Shown here: one piece after another, positions 63,575 through 64,000 of the stretch
How the letters are laid out: the number at the start of each line of letters is the position of its first letter
Numbering within the stretch: position 1 is the first letter of the stretch
Source of the DNA: Rhynchobatus australiae
Lineage: Eukaryota
Assembly: GCA_034780895.1 (NCBI GenBank)
Contig: JAUZTB010000075.1
Span: forward strand, 15,837,487 to 15,901,486
Reading direction: 5' to 3'
Length of the DNA stretch: 64,000 bases
The notes under the pieces: model-generated
The model's database searches: none
What the model saw: the letters and a program-made list of their open reading frames with translations, nothing else
What the model was told of the DNA's origin: nothing
Position numbers and translations under genes: made by a program

Positions 63575-64000
63575 TGGAACGTCACCACACGCCCCGACAC
63601 CTTTCAATGCTCCCAAACACACAGTCACTGTTACAGACGTCAGTTCAGTCTTCCGGAGAGTAAAGCTGCGGAAAGCATCTGGCCTGGATCGTATCCCAAG
63701 CCACGTCTTCAGATACTGCACAGGCGGGAATATTTGCAGACATTTTATAACCTCTCCTTACTTCAAACTGAGGTTCCCAACTGCTTTAAGAAGACCACTA
63801 TCATCTCGGTACCTAAGAAAAATAAGGGAAAATGCCTTAATGCCTACCGCCCAGTGGCTTTAACATCCACCATCATGAATTGGTTCGAGAGGCTAGTCAT
63901 TTGCACACATCAGCTCCATCCTTCCAGACAGCCTCGACCCACAGGCAATTCGACTACTGCTGAAAGAAGTCCACGGCGCATGCCATCTCCATGTCTCTAC
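63575..64000 (+). mobile_element. Rex1/Babar RT N-terminal fragment, runs off the window
   Basis: RKASGLDRIPSHVFR, EVPNCFKKTTIISVPKK and LNAYRPVALTSTIMNWFERLV. Confidence 0.9.

Noticed and set aside
1-64000. CRISPR arrays, rRNA or prokaryotic operons; EIF4EBP1 or GOT1L1 exons expected from mammalian ADRB3 synteny
   Set aside because: Eukaryotic sequence with no repeat-spacer array, and no matching peptides found by eye.

Overview
Draft-assembly vertebrate genomic DNA with about 19 N-gaps. The repeat inventory (CR1, Rex1/Babar, Penelope-like, V-domain/HE1-type and Deu-domain SINEs) points to a cartilaginous fish (ray or shark). Recognisable genes: (1) the terminal coding exon of a TGIF-family TALE homeobox gene (minus, 15722-16246), whose upstream homeobox exon I could not find in the called sequence; (2) an intact single-exon beta-adrenergic receptor of the beta3/beta4C type (plus, 32024-33220); (3) a two-exon GPR139-like orphan class A GPCR (minus, 61803-63352); (4) decayed SRCR-domain exons (minus, 52.2 kb and 56.5 kb). 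The rest is mostly decayed retroelements and about 5 kb of one-strand purine (GA) low-complexity sequence. The best non-obvious signals are an apparently intact minimal hammerhead ribozyme in a Penelope-like terminal repeat (39278-39315), the orphan TGIF exon sandwiched between near-identical Rex1 3' ends, and a beta3 receptor that keeps PKA/GRK/PDZ motifs and has an overlapping uORF. Repeat boundaries are approximate, read by eye.
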